Source: Patescibacteria group bacterium
GTDB lineage: Bacteria > Patescibacteriota > Saccharimonadia > Saccharimonadales > 2-12-FULL-41-12
Direction of reading: 5' to 3'
NCBI GenBank assembly: GCA_038064875.1
Contig: JBBTSC010000001.1
Location: forward strand, 507,004 to 571,003
Length of the DNA: 64,000 nt
In this document: one piece after another, positions 43,800 to 52,888 of the stretch
How positions within the stretch are numbered: position 1 is the stretch's first letter
Layout: every line of letters begins with the position of its first letter
Notes under the pieces: model-generated
Databases searched by the model: none
What the model was told of the DNA's origin: nothing
The model's input: only the letters and a program-made list of their open reading frames with translations
Program-made: the position numbers and the translations under genes

Positions 43800-45392
43800 C
43801 TACCAGCTACCGCCACCTCCGCCACCAAATCCGCCACCCGAAGATCCGCCACCTCCGGATGAACTAACAGTGGAGTTGCTACTCACTACAGGAGCAAAGC
43901 TATTTCCTAGATCATTTGCAAGATTCATAGCAGAAAATCCGGCATAAGAACCTGCGTACCAGTTGGTAGCCTTGGCGATATCAATACCTTCGAACTGTTT
44001 TGCCCACTCTTTTTCTACTCCCAAAGCAACGGCAAAGGGCAAATATTTGCTGAATAACTCTGGTGTCCGCTCCGGAGCATCATGAAATTTCATTCGCTCT
44101 TTCTCAACTACGCTCAAGTAAAGCTTAAAGCCATCTACTTTTGCCCATATTTTGGCTCCTTCATCAGTTATATTGCCAGCATCCAGCATCTTTTCTAGAA
44201 TATTTGGTTCCGAAGCGATGCTAGCGTAAAAGCCTTTGCTCTCAAGCGATTTCTTGGTATTGCTATGTATCTTGTAGATAGTCGTACTCATCGTTGATTT
44301 GCTAAGATTATCTATCTGAATTTTATTATCTTTTGCTGTAGAAAATAGCGCATTAAAAAGCATATCTTCACTGGTATCTAACCCTTTGGATTCTTTTAGT
44401 TTCAAAAGCGTATATTTTGCCTTCTTTAGAAAGGACTTTTTCTGAGTCTGCTGTATCTTTAGATAACCTTTTACAGCCATACTTATAATCATGGCTGTTA
44501 TCTCCTGGACGCTTGAAGTATCATCTTCTAAATGTCCTATTTCTGCAACGGACAAATTTGAAGGTGGTTCATATTCGGCAACTACTGTTTGGTCTTTTCG
44601 ACGCCTTCTTTTTCTAAGAGAGCGCGCTAGTAAAATTACACTAATGACCAGGCCAACTAAGATGGCAAATACAAAACCAGCTATGATCCCGATATCTGAC
44701 TTTGTCAGTGGTCTTTTCTGATTAGGTTGTAAATATTTTGCTATGTAGCCACCCGCAACATACCCTTCTATGCTAAATCCTTCGCCCGCCTTGAGATTGT
44801 CTGCAGTAAATTTCTGCCCGTCAATCACACAGTTCTGCTCTGTAGAGCCAACTACTCCTGTAAAACATGCGGGTTTCTCTAGACTGGCCCCATCAAGTCT
44901 GACCACTGCACTCGCGTGCAGAATTGGCACACTCCAGCCATTACCTGTTACATCAAGAGCTAGGAAACCCTTTTGATCTTTTTGGGTGACTATCGGCCAA
45001 AGCTTGTACTTAATCTTGTAAGTATGCTTTCCTGTCACATACTTATCTGCCTCCCCAAGACGTATCCGGAAATTCCCATCAGACTTTGAAACTGATGCTT
45101 TTACTTCTTTACCGTTTTCATCAGTTGTTTTGGTGTGCTCCATCGCCAAACGATAGACATTACCCTGCGGATCTTTGTAGTCTATCGGCACGTCTCTGTA
45201 TATTCCATGATGTTGAGTTAATCCAAAGTCATAAGCTATAACTTCTGAAATCTCAGCTTGATTATCCTTGTTAATATGAATTTCTGATTCAAAAGAGTCT
45301 ATTTTCTCTGTGCCAACCGCTCCAACACTGCTTGTTAGAGTTAAAAAACTGATCCCAAGAGCAAATATTAATAGTAATATTCTATTTTTCAT
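43800..45392 (-). CDS. DUF2207-family membrane protein
   Basis: 530 aa ORF with a signal peptide, an N-terminal beta-rich ectodomain (HHGIYRDVPIDY), central TMs and the typical Gly-rich tail SSGGGGSSGGGFGGGGGGSW. Confidence 0.8.
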   Translation of the reverse strand: MKNRILLLIFALGISFLTLTSSVGAVGTEKIDSFESEIHINKDNQAEISEVIAYDFGLTQHHGIYRDVPIDYKDPQGNVYRLAMEHTKTTDENGKEVKASVSKSDGNFRIRLGEADKYVTGKHTYKIKYKLWPIVTQKDQKGFLALDVTGNGWSVPILHASAVVRLDGASLEKPACFTGVVGSTEQNCVIDGQKFTADNLKAGEGFSIEGYVAGGYIAKYLQPNQKRPLTKSDIGIIAGFVFAILVGLVISVILLARSLRKRRRRKDQTVVAEYEPPSNLSVAEIGHLEDDTSSVQEITAMIISMAVKGYLKIQQTQKKSFLKKAKYTLLKLKESKGLDTSEDMLFNALFSTAKDNKIQIDNLSKSTMSTTIYKIHSNTKKSLESKGFYASIASEPNILEKMLDAGNITDEGAKIWAKVDGFKLYLSVVEKERMKFHDAPERTPELFSKYLPFAVALGVEKEWAKQFEGIDIAKATNWYAGSYAGFSAMNLANDLGNSFAPVVSSNSTVSSSGGGGSSGGGFGGGGGGSW

Positions 45393-45473
45393 ACTTATAT
45401 ATTAGCACTTGCTTATATTTTACTATTGCACGACTTATGGATTATTATGTAGGTACAAACTTAGGAGGTTTAT

Positions 45474-46061
45474 ATGCTCAAGAATAAAAAAATATTAATC
45501 GCAATCATCGTTGTTGTAATCATTTTACTAGGTGGTATTGGTTGGTTCGCCACTCAAAACGAATCCGACAACACATCAACGAAAAGTTCGTCATCTCAAA
45601 ATTCGGATTCCAAATCAAGCGTAACAAAAGGAAGTCTAACTTCCTTATCGACTGGCAAAAAGGCTCAAGAGTGCACAATGAGTTACTCCGGGGCTAATGG
45701 CAGTGGCACCGGCACAATGTACACTGATGGCAACGGGCGTGGACGCATGCACCTAGACCTTAAGACAGAGAAAGGTAATGTTGCCCAAACCGACCAAATT
45801 ATGAAGGACAACAAAGCCTACAGTTGGACAACAACAGGAGAGCAAACTTTTGGAATGGTCATGGATCTATCAAAGATGAACTCTCAACAATCACAAGCTC
45901 AAGCCCAGAGCCAATCAGGCAATAGCTCACCTACACCTAGTCAAGACTTTGATATTAATTGCAAAGATTGGAAGGTAGATGAAAGTAAATTTGCAGTACC
46001 CGCTAATGTAAATTTCATGGATCTCAGCAATATCCAGAACTCAATCCCAACGTCTAGATAA
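45474..46061 (+). CDS. Hypothetical secreted/anchored Ser- and Gln-rich protein with two cysteines
   Basis: 195 aa ORF with a TAGGAGGT SD and an N-terminal TM. Confidence 0.6.
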   Translation: MLKNKKILIAIIVVVIILLGGIGWFATQNESDNTSTKSSSSQNSDSKSSVTKGSLTSLSTGKKAQECTMSYSGANGSGTGTMYTDGNGRGRMHLDLKTEKGNVAQTDQIMKDNKAYSWTTTGEQTFGMVMDLSKMNSQQSQAQAQSQSGNSSPTPSQDFDINCKDWKVDESKFAVPANVNFMDLSNIQNSIPTSR

Positions 46062-46085
46062 AAGACATAATGCTATAATTAGATA

Positions 46086-46790
46086 ATGAAAAAAGCTTAT
46101 GTTGTTCTTCCTTTAGTGCTTTTGGGGTTCGCTCTTGCATACTTTACTCTTATGAGAGATCAGGACAAGCCGAATCAGGCCACGCTTTCGGACGTTCAAA
46201 AGTCAGCCAAAACATCTCCGACAGATGAAGTAACATCTGACAAGGCTCTTGAAACACTTATAATTGGCGACCCTTCTGCTAGAGTGACAATTGTCGAATA
46301 CGCTGATTTCAAATGCCCGAATTGTAATAAATTCCATCAACAAGTTGGCAAACAGCTCAGAACAGATTTTATTGACCGCAAATTAGCAAAAATTGAATTT
46401 CGTAATATTCCTTTTATCGCTAGCGACTCCCGCCCAGCAGCCGAAGGCACATACTGTGCAAATGATCAGAAAAAGTTTGTCCAGTATCATGACAAGGTCT
46501 TTGAATTTATGTGGACGAATTATTATCGTCAGGATAATTCAAAAGAATTTGATAATATTTTGACCGTTGAGAAACTAACCGAACTTGCAGGAGAAGCTGG
46601 GCTCGATAAAACTGCTTTCAATCAGTGCCTAGCAACAGCAAAGCACAAATCAAGCGTTGACAGTGATCTTAAAAAATCAGAACAAGACGGGGTTACAGGA
46701 ACCCCACATATAATAATTAACGGCAAAGCCGTAGTTGGACCGCAGTCATATTCTGCCTATAAAACATTACTCGAGATTGCGCTACGGTGA
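46086..46790 (+). CDS. DsbA-family thiol:disulfide oxidoreductase (membrane-anchored)
   Basis: Thioredoxin-fold active site FKCPNC. TGcTATAAT (46071-46079) lies 6 nt upstream of the ATG. Confidence 0.85.
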   Translation: MKKAYVVLPLVLLGFALAYFTLMRDQDKPNQATLSDVQKSAKTSPTDEVTSDKALETLIIGDPSARVTIVEYADFKCPNCNKFHQQVGKQLRTDFIDRKLAKIEFRNIPFIASDSRPAAEGTYCANDQKKFVQYHDKVFEFMWTNYYRQDNSKEFDNILTVEKLTELAGEAGLDKTAFNQCLATAKHKSSVDSDLKKSEQDGVTGTPHIIINGKAVVGPQSYSAYKTLLEIALR

Positions 46791-47350
46791 GTTTGTTCAT
46801 ATTAAAACTAAAGATTAGTTTGAAATCTGTTATATCAGTACTATTCAGATGGCCATATCTCTTGATCGCGATTTTTGCCAGCTTAGTAGCAGAAGCTATG
46901 GTCCTGTGGTCTCTCAATATTGATCTTGTCAAATACATCATCTTTGATAGTGGTGTAAGTATTGGGACTAAGTTCGAGTTTTTCTTTAGCGTTTACCGTG
47001 ATATTTTCATCAACTATGAAGCTGTTCAAGCTCTGGCAATCATCACATTCTCTTTTTTGTTCGGGATCAACTCTGCACTGGTAGTATTTGTGCTAAAAAA
47101 CCAAGATTATAAATCAATACCGAAAAAGAGTGGCTTTGGCGGACTAGTTCTGGCAATAATTGGTGGTGGCTGTCTGGCGTGCGGAACATCAATCTTATAC
47201 CCAGTTTTGATAACTCTAGGTGTTGGAACCAGCGTATTCGCAAGTCAGCTTGGGCTTATCTTAAGCGCTATTGGTAGCGTATTTTTACTATTTTCTATCT
47301 ATAAACTTGGTGGTGTAGTATCCTTTGTATTAAAATCAAGAGAACAATGA
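46787..47350 (+). CDS. Uncharacterised polytopic membrane protein with intramembrane GGGCLACGTS (CxxC) motif
   Basis: 187 aa ORF. The GTG start overlaps the DsbA stop (GTGA), and its stop overlaps the VKOR ATG (ATGA). Confidence 0.6.
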   Translation: MSLFILKLKISLKSVISVLFRWPYLLIAIFASLVAEAMVLWSLNIDLVKYIIFDSGVSIGTKFEFFFSVYRDIFINYEAVQALAIITFSFLFGINSALVVFVLKNQDYKSIPKKSGFGGLVLAIIGGGCLACGTSILYPVLITLGVGTSVFASQLGLILSAIGSVFLLFSIYKLGGVVSFVLKSREQ

Positions 47351-47943
47351 TCAAAAAATATCTAAAAGACAAGTTATTGGTAGCGCTACTTATCGGGGGA
47401 TCTGTCGGTCTCTTTGCAGCCTTTGCCAGCAGTGTTGAACTAACAAAAAGCCTGAAAGACCCGAGCTACAACCCGCTTTGCAGTATCAACCCTATTATTA
47501 GCTGTGGATCTGTTTTGGATTCACATCAAGGCTTTATTTTTGGGTTCTCAAACTCATATCTAGGCATGATCGCGTTCTCTATAGTGCTAGGCATAGTCGC
47601 CTGTTTATTTGCCGGAGCTAAATTACCAAATTGGTTCTGGAAGTTATTCCTGATCGGTATTTCGTTTGGTTTTATCTTTGCTCTTTGGCTAATTACACAA
47701 TCACTATTCGTAATAAAAAATCTCTGTATTTACTGCATGATGACCTGGGTAGCTATTTCTATAGTCTTTTGGTATAGCTTGCTACACAATCTCGAACTTA
47801 AAAATTTTGGCAAAAATAAGAAGTTAGCAAAAATAACTGAATTCGCTTCTAAGCATCATGTCGATATATTTGTTGGCTGGATTTTGATAATCTTTTTACT
47901 TATCGTTTGGCAGTTTTGGTATTACTGGAAAACATTGCTTTAA
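47347..47943 (+). CDS. Vitamin K epoxide reductase (VKOR) family protein
   Basis: 198 aa ORF with the loop cysteines CSINPIISC and the TM CxxC motif CIYCM. Confidence 0.85.
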   Translation: MIKKYLKDKLLVALLIGGSVGLFAAFASSVELTKSLKDPSYNPLCSINPIISCGSVLDSHQGFIFGFSNSYLGMIAFSIVLGIVACLFAGAKLPNWFWKLFLIGISFGFIFALWLITQSLFVIKNLCIYCMMTWVAISIVFWYSLLHNLELKNFGKNKKLAKITEFASKHHVDIFVGWILIIFLLIVWQFWYYWKTLL

Positions 47944-47952
47944 TCCAATCGA

Positions 47953-48420
47953 TTAGTCTGAAGACTCTCCCTTAAAGAATCTTATCCAACTCTCAATATT
48001 TCTTTGATATCTATTTTTCTGAATCTCTGGCTCTGGTATATCTTCGACAATTGGCTTAACGTTGATGCTTGAAGATTCTGCTAGACTTCTAGGTATCAAA
48101 TAGAGTTTTTCGCCTTCTTTGGCCTTGCCTAATTGGCGCCTGGCTGTCAGCTCGAGATATTCGTCACTCTCATAGTATTTATTCCTCAGTTTCTGATTTT
48201 CATTCTCAAGTTTTGCAACGTCGTTTCTTTGCTTAAGTGATGAGATCTTTTTCTCCAGTTCATAGTTTTGTTGTAGAACGCCAACGCTGTTCCAGGCTAC
48301 CAAAACCGCAATAACCGCAAATCCTATGAGCGCAAGCGCCCTGGTATCGCGCAGTATAGACTCTATAAGTTTTAGAAATTTGCGGAGATAATCCATTGCT
48401 CTATTATAGCCCAGGATCAT
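47953..48420 (-). CDS. Septum formation initiator (FtsB/DivIC-like) protein
   Basis: 155 aa ORF with a single TM followed by a coiled coil (LEKKISSLKQRNDVAKLENENQKLRNKYYESDEYLELTARRQLG). Confidence 0.7.
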   Translation of the reverse strand: MILGYNRAMDYLRKFLKLIESILRDTRALALIGFAVIAVLVAWNSVGVLQQNYELEKKISSLKQRNDVAKLENENQKLRNKYYESDEYLELTARRQLGKAKEGEKLYLIPRSLAESSSINVKPIVEDIPEPEIQKNRYQRNIESWIRFFKGESSD

Positions 48421-49019
48421 CTTGGGACGAATATGTGTGGATTGCGAAGGCTAACCCATGCAAGCATATAGACTAGATAGGCATTATAGGCTAAACAACC
48501 GAGACTTATTAGTACATGTGGCAAAGACAAATTGATTACGCCAAATTCAAATATATTGAGCCAGATCAGTAGAAGCCTGGTCAAACTCAACGACAAAAAT
48601 ATAGCGAACGAGAATATCCAGACAACCCTTCGATATTCATCAAATCTGGAAAATGAATCGAATCTAACAAAACTGTGGTTCTGCTTTTCTAAAATATATC
48701 TATTTATGACCATGATGATGATGTCCATGACGGTAACAATGATCACGTAGCTAATAACCCCTATGATACCCCAAACAAATATACTTGATATGTATTCTGA
48801 GAAAGGTAGGTAGTCAATATTTGCTATAAAATCAGAGATGTTTTGCTTCAGATAACTCTTTGTCTCATTGTCTTCTATGAAAAAACTCATCAGATGATCA
48901 GCGAAGATAATTAAAAGCAGAGCAGCCGAAGCTATGAGAAACAGAATTACTTGACTCGCGTTGGGTATCAGTATTTCTCTGAGTGTCGTAAAAAATGGTC
49001 GAAGGCTATACTTTTTCAC
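48417..49019 (-). CDS. Hypothetical polytopic membrane protein
   Basis: 200 aa ORF with a GTG start and a 4 nt overlap with the ftsB-like gene. Confidence 0.5.
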   Translation of the reverse strand: MKKYSLRPFFTTLREILIPNASQVILFLIASAALLLIIFADHLMSFFIEDNETKSYLKQNISDFIANIDYLPFSEYISSIFVWGIIGVISYVIIVTVMDIIIMVINRYILEKQNHSFVRFDSFSRFDEYRRVVWIFSFAIFLSLSLTRLLLIWLNIFEFGVINLSLPHVLISLGCLAYNAYLVYMLAWVSLRNPHIFVPR

Positions 49020-49049
49020 TAGTTTGTAATCTCTTTTGGTAATTGAACT

Positions 49050-50738
49050 TTAATTTATAACTCGCACTGAGGCCCACGGTATTTGACCTAGCCCTATACC
49101 TGTTCCATATGAGGAAGGCCACCTATTTGAAGTCTCGCCGTAAATAGCGAACGATCCACCGTTGTCCCGAAGGTAAGCGCCATGCGTCTGCAATGCCTTG
49201 GCAATGGTCTTTTGCGGTTCTGGAAGTCCGGAGATGTTAACAGATGGATCTAATTGTATCTTTGAACCTTCAGCTAAGACAGTATTACAGATTGTTTTGC
49301 CAACTTCACTACAGGTAACTCCCACGTTAGACCATGCTGGGAATATTGCTGGTCCGGCCTTAATACCAGGAACAGAAAATGCGAGGGCGTGGTCAATATG
49401 TCCTGAGGCAAGCTCTTCTGGTGTTATGAGACCTGCAAGTAGCGACAAACCTGCCGCATTAGAAGTAGCATCAGTTGTGTTTGTTTGCCCATTTCCATCT
49501 AGATTTGCCCGTCCAATTGCTTTTGCATTGGTAATAGTTCCGTCAGCAGAAACAGTCGCTTTGAATATTTCATATACGGTTCTATCTACAATCACTGCGA
49601 GATGTCCGTCTGTTCCACTAACAGGCTTGGTCCCGGGAGGCACTTTAGGCACAGGGAACTTACCAGCTTTACCAAGGTACTGAGCACCACCCTCACTCAC
49701 TGGACCAGGAGGAAACGGTGTAAACTCACCCGTACCTTTCACGACTGCAACGCCATAAGAACCGATGCTAAAGTTCGGATTCCAAAATTTACCGGCGATG
49801 AACTGTTGCATAAATGCTGAGGAATCAGATCGCACAACAGGACTTGTAACCGGAGAAGTAAATGAAGTTGCCTGAGGGAAATATCCTATGTTCAGCCCAT
49901 TTGTACTTGTAGGCGTAGGGGTTGGTGTGACTGGATTATTCACAGTAACAACCGAACTTGCTGTACCAACGTTACCGGCTGAATCATAAGCCTTAGCATA
50001 GATTGTATGTTGCCCATTGCTCAGCTTAGAACTATCAGCTAGGTATGAGTACGGGCTAGTCAAACTTGTGCCGACTAATGTACTGTCTGTATAAAATTCA
50101 ACCTTTGTAACGCTGACATTATCGACAGCTGTTGCAATGGCCTGGAACTGCCCCGTTACAGATGAGCTCGGTGCTGGAGATGTGAGTTTTACTGTTGGCG
50201 CAGTTACGTCTGACGGTACTGGTGTGTTAGCAAATAATGAAGTCTTGTCGATATATAGATTTCTGTCACAAATTCCTTTTTTATATTTATCATTTAGAAA
50301 AGCAATGTTCAGATTGTGATTACCGGCCGGTATGCTTGTCGAGATCGAGTAAGTCTGCGCTGATCGAGAGCTAACACTGTAGGTGCTACCGATTTGTTTG
50401 CCATCTACTTTAACAGTCATTTTAGGATTTCCATCGCAATTACTACCTTTGGCAACAATTTGAACGCTTATAGTAGTGTCTGTAGTCGTAAATGTCGGTG
50501 ATGTAATGCTTCCGTTCGAAAACATGTTAATAGCCTTGCCACCACTCGCGCCTTTGTAGTCAATGACATTACTAGTAGATTTATTGTATTGCATAGATTC
50601 ACCTTCAAGTAGTGATTGGAGTGACAAATTAGAATCTGCTCTACTTTGCAGAGTCAAAGCTGTGCCAATCATCGCAAATACTACTGCCACGACTGCTATT
50701 TGTTTTCTTGATAGTTTTTTTACGTTTAGAAATTTCAC
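49050..50738 (-). CDS. Secreted modular protein: signal/anchor + CBM-like + Ig-like + uncharacterised C-terminal domain of about 290 aa
   Basis: 562 aa ORF with a GTG start after AAGGAAT. The N-terminal 270 aa align colinearly with the GH16 protein (IGTALTL.SRA, KVDGKQ.G, CDRNL..DK.SLFAN.PVPSD, DNVSV.KVEFY). The C-terminal domain has no GH16 motif. Confidence 0.75.
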   Translation of the reverse strand: MKFLNVKKLSRKQIAVVAVVFAMIGTALTLQSRADSNLSLQSLLEGESMQYNKSTSNVIDYKGASGGKAINMFSNGSITSPTFTTTDTTISVQIVAKGSNCDGNPKMTVKVDGKQIGSTYSVSSRSAQTYSISTSIPAGNHNLNIAFLNDKYKKGICDRNLYIDKTSLFANTPVPSDVTAPTVKLTSPAPSSSVTGQFQAIATAVDNVSVTKVEFYTDSTLVGTSLTSPYSYLADSSKLSNGQHTIYAKAYDSAGNVGTASSVVTVNNPVTPTPTPTSTNGLNIGYFPQATSFTSPVTSPVVRSDSSAFMQQFIAGKFWNPNFSIGSYGVAVVKGTGEFTPFPPGPVSEGGAQYLGKAGKFPVPKVPPGTKPVSGTDGHLAVIVDRTVYEIFKATVSADGTITNAKAIGRANLDGNGQTNTTDATSNAAGLSLLAGLITPEELASGHIDHALAFSVPGIKAGPAIFPAWSNVGVTCSEVGKTICNTVLAEGSKIQLDPSVNISGLPEPQKTIAKALQTHGAYLRDNGGSFAIYGETSNRWPSSYGTGIGLGQIPWASVRVIN

Positions 50739-50880
50739 TTTTATTCCTTTATTTGATTTTTGTGGTATACATAAGCTTAATTATCTACAACAACGATTTT
50801 AATTGCAAATATTGGTATATTTCACTTCTCTAAAGCCAGCATTCGTGATATATTATTGTGGTCACACATCGTGCACCCAT

Positions 50881-50956
50881 GGGGGTGTAGCTCATCGGTT
50901 AGAGCAGGCGGCTCATAACCACTTGGTAGTAGGTTCGATTCCTACCACCCCCACCA
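50881..50956 (+). tRNA. tRNA with CAU anticodon, candidate tRNA-Ile2 (lysidine-modified); CCA encoded
   Basis: Manual fold: GGGGGTG/TA/GCTC-ATCGGTTA-GAGC/A/GGCGG-CTCATAA-CCACT/TGGTA/GTAGG-TTCGATT-CCTAC/CACCCCC/A/CCA. The GAGCAGGCG.CTCATAA..CTTGGT stretch resembles E. coli ileX as recalled. An extended -10 TGaTATATT lies at 50846-50854. Confidence 0.75.
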
Positions 50957-50963
50957 AAATTAT

Positions 50964-52082
50964 CTATTCCCAGCGGAAGACTTTGAAAGCTATCAGATAG
51001 ACAATAACTGTCCAACTTAACATCACTGCGAACTGTGGAGCAAGTTCAATTAAAGTTGCTCCTTCTGTTATAACCAACCGACTTGCATCAATTATCGGCG
51101 TAAGTGGGATGAACTTTGTGATGCTTTGCAGGACTTCTGGCATCAGAAAAGTTGGGAAGAACACCCCGCTCAAGAACATCATTGGAAGCGTTACAAGTTG
51201 TGCCAGTGGCGCTGCTTGATTTTCGTTTTTTGCCCAACCACCTAGAGCCAATCCTATTCCAAACAGAAGTATAGTTCCCGTCATCACAACTATTGCCAGA
51301 TTGAAATAACTGCCTCTCATGCTCAGATCAAACATAACGACGGCAGCTACAAACATGATCACAAGTGCTAGCAAACCAATAATAGCGTTGGAGATAACGT
51401 TCCCGGTAAAATATTGCCACACCTTCAGCGTAGTTGTGTGATAACGCCTAAGAACACCGCGCTGTTTAAGCCGTGGGAATACCGTTGTTGGACCAAAGAT
51501 ACCCAGCGACAACAGAGTAAATCCAAGTATTCCTGAGAATGTATAGTCAAATTGAGTCAGACCCTTGGTAGCTGTCGATTCTGTTTTAACAACAAAAGGC
51601 TCTGGGCTCGGAGGAACAACCTTATCATTTATATCTTTAAAGACACCTTCCATAACACTACCAAGTGTACGTCCAGCTTGTTCGTTACTTTGATCATACA
51701 GAATTTTAGCCTCACCGGTCGGATAGTTGCCACTACCCACGTTGCCGAAACTCTCTGGCAAGATAATAGTCGCATCTAATTGACCGCGATTCATTTTCTC
51801 CTTGGCAAGGTCCAGTGATGTAAGCTCTTTGTCTACCTTGAAAACTTCATTTTCTTGAACTTGTTTCACAAATTGAGTTGAAAAATCGCTTTTTGATTCG
51901 TTAAGAACAGCTACTCTAAATGAAACTCCATTATTACCGCTAAATATACTTCCGAATATTGCCAAGAAAATTAAAGGAAATATAAAGACGAAGAACACCG
52001 CAGTTTTATCTCGAAATAGTCGCCTAACATCAATCTTTACAAAAGTTTTTACTGGTAGTAATTCTCTCTTCAGTCTGTCCAT
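50964..52082 (-). CDS. ABC-2 type transporter permease with large extracytoplasmic loop
   Basis: 372 aa ORF with an N-terminal TM, a loop of about 150 aa, and five C-terminal TMs. Confidence 0.8.
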   Translation of the reverse strand: MDRLKRELLPVKTFVKIDVRRLFRDKTAVFFVFIFPLIFLAIFGSIFSGNNGVSFRVAVLNESKSDFSTQFVKQVQENEVFKVDKELTSLDLAKEKMNRGQLDATIILPESFGNVGSGNYPTGEAKILYDQSNEQAGRTLGSVMEGVFKDINDKVVPPSPEPFVVKTESTATKGLTQFDYTFSGILGFTLLSLGIFGPTTVFPRLKQRGVLRRYHTTTLKVWQYFTGNVISNAIIGLLALVIMFVAAVVMFDLSMRGSYFNLAIVVMTGTILLFGIGLALGGWAKNENQAAPLAQLVTLPMMFLSGVFFPTFLMPEVLQSITKFIPLTPIIDASRLVITEGATLIELAPQFAVMLSWTVIVYLIAFKVFRWE

Positions 52083-52084
52083 AT

Positions 52085-52843
52085 TCAGTCCCTTAACGCC
52101 TTTCCTGTCAGGTCAATAAAAACATCTTCCAAATTTGCCTGCTCTACCTGTTGTTCTTTCTTGAATCCTTTTTTCAATAAAGCCTTGATAAGATTTTTTG
52201 GCGTATCAAGTGCCACTATCTCGCCTTCATCCATGACAGCAACCCTGTCACACAACAGCTCTGCTTCATCCATATAATGAGTTGTCATAATCACTGTCAC
52301 ACCACGGTCGCGTACTTCGCGGATCAGATCCCAGAGATTTCGCCGAGCTTGTGGATCTAGACCAGTAGTTGGTTCATCCAGAAAGAAGACTTTCGGTCCG
52401 TGCACTAAAGCGGCAGCAATTGAAAATCTCTGTCTCTGTCCACCTGAAAGGTTCTCAACATAGCTGTTTGCCTTATCGAGTAGTTGCAAATCGTCTAAGA
52501 ATTTCTTTGGATCGACCTTCTCTCCGTAAGTAGATGCAAAAAATTCTATGAGCTCAGTAAGCTTTGTCTTTTCTTCAAACGAAGGCGTCTGTGGCTGAAC
52601 GCCTATGAGGGTTTTTATTTCATCGGGGGAGCTTGCAACGTCTATCCCGTTTAGAGATGCCGTACCACCATCTATCGGACGCAATGTTTCTATCATCTCA
52701 AGAGTAGTTGTTTTACCCGCACCGTTCGGCCCTAAAATACCAAAGATCTCGCCGGCTTTTACTTCAAAACTGATTCCTTTGACAACTTTTTTGCCGTCGT
52801 ATTTCTTAACTAAATTATCTATTTTTACTATCGGTTTTGACAT
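52085..52843 (-). CDS. ABC transporter ATP-binding protein (DrrA-like)
   Basis: Walker A GPNGAGKTT, signature LSGGQRQR and Walker B FFLDEPTTGLD. TAGTAT (52857-52852) lies 8 nt upstream of the ATG. Confidence 0.9.
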   Translation of the reverse strand: MSKPIVKIDNLVKKYDGKKVVKGISFEVKAGEIFGILGPNGAGKTTTLEMIETLRPIDGGTASLNGIDVASSPDEIKTLIGVQPQTPSFEEKTKLTELIEFFASTYGEKVDPKKFLDDLQLLDKANSYVENLSGGQRQRFSIAAALVHGPKVFFLDEPTTGLDPQARRNLWDLIREVRDRGVTVIMTTHYMDEAELLCDRVAVMDEGEIVALDTPKNLIKALLKKGFKKEQQVEQANLEDVFIDLTGKALRD

Positions 52844-52888
52844 ATTAATAGATACTATTCTATCAGGTTTGATCTGCTATAAAAAATC

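Noticed and set aside
50803-51000. 65 aa plus-strand ORF
   Set aside because: It is built across the tRNA gene at 50881-50956 and runs into the ABC permease 3' end, so the tRNA explains the sequence.
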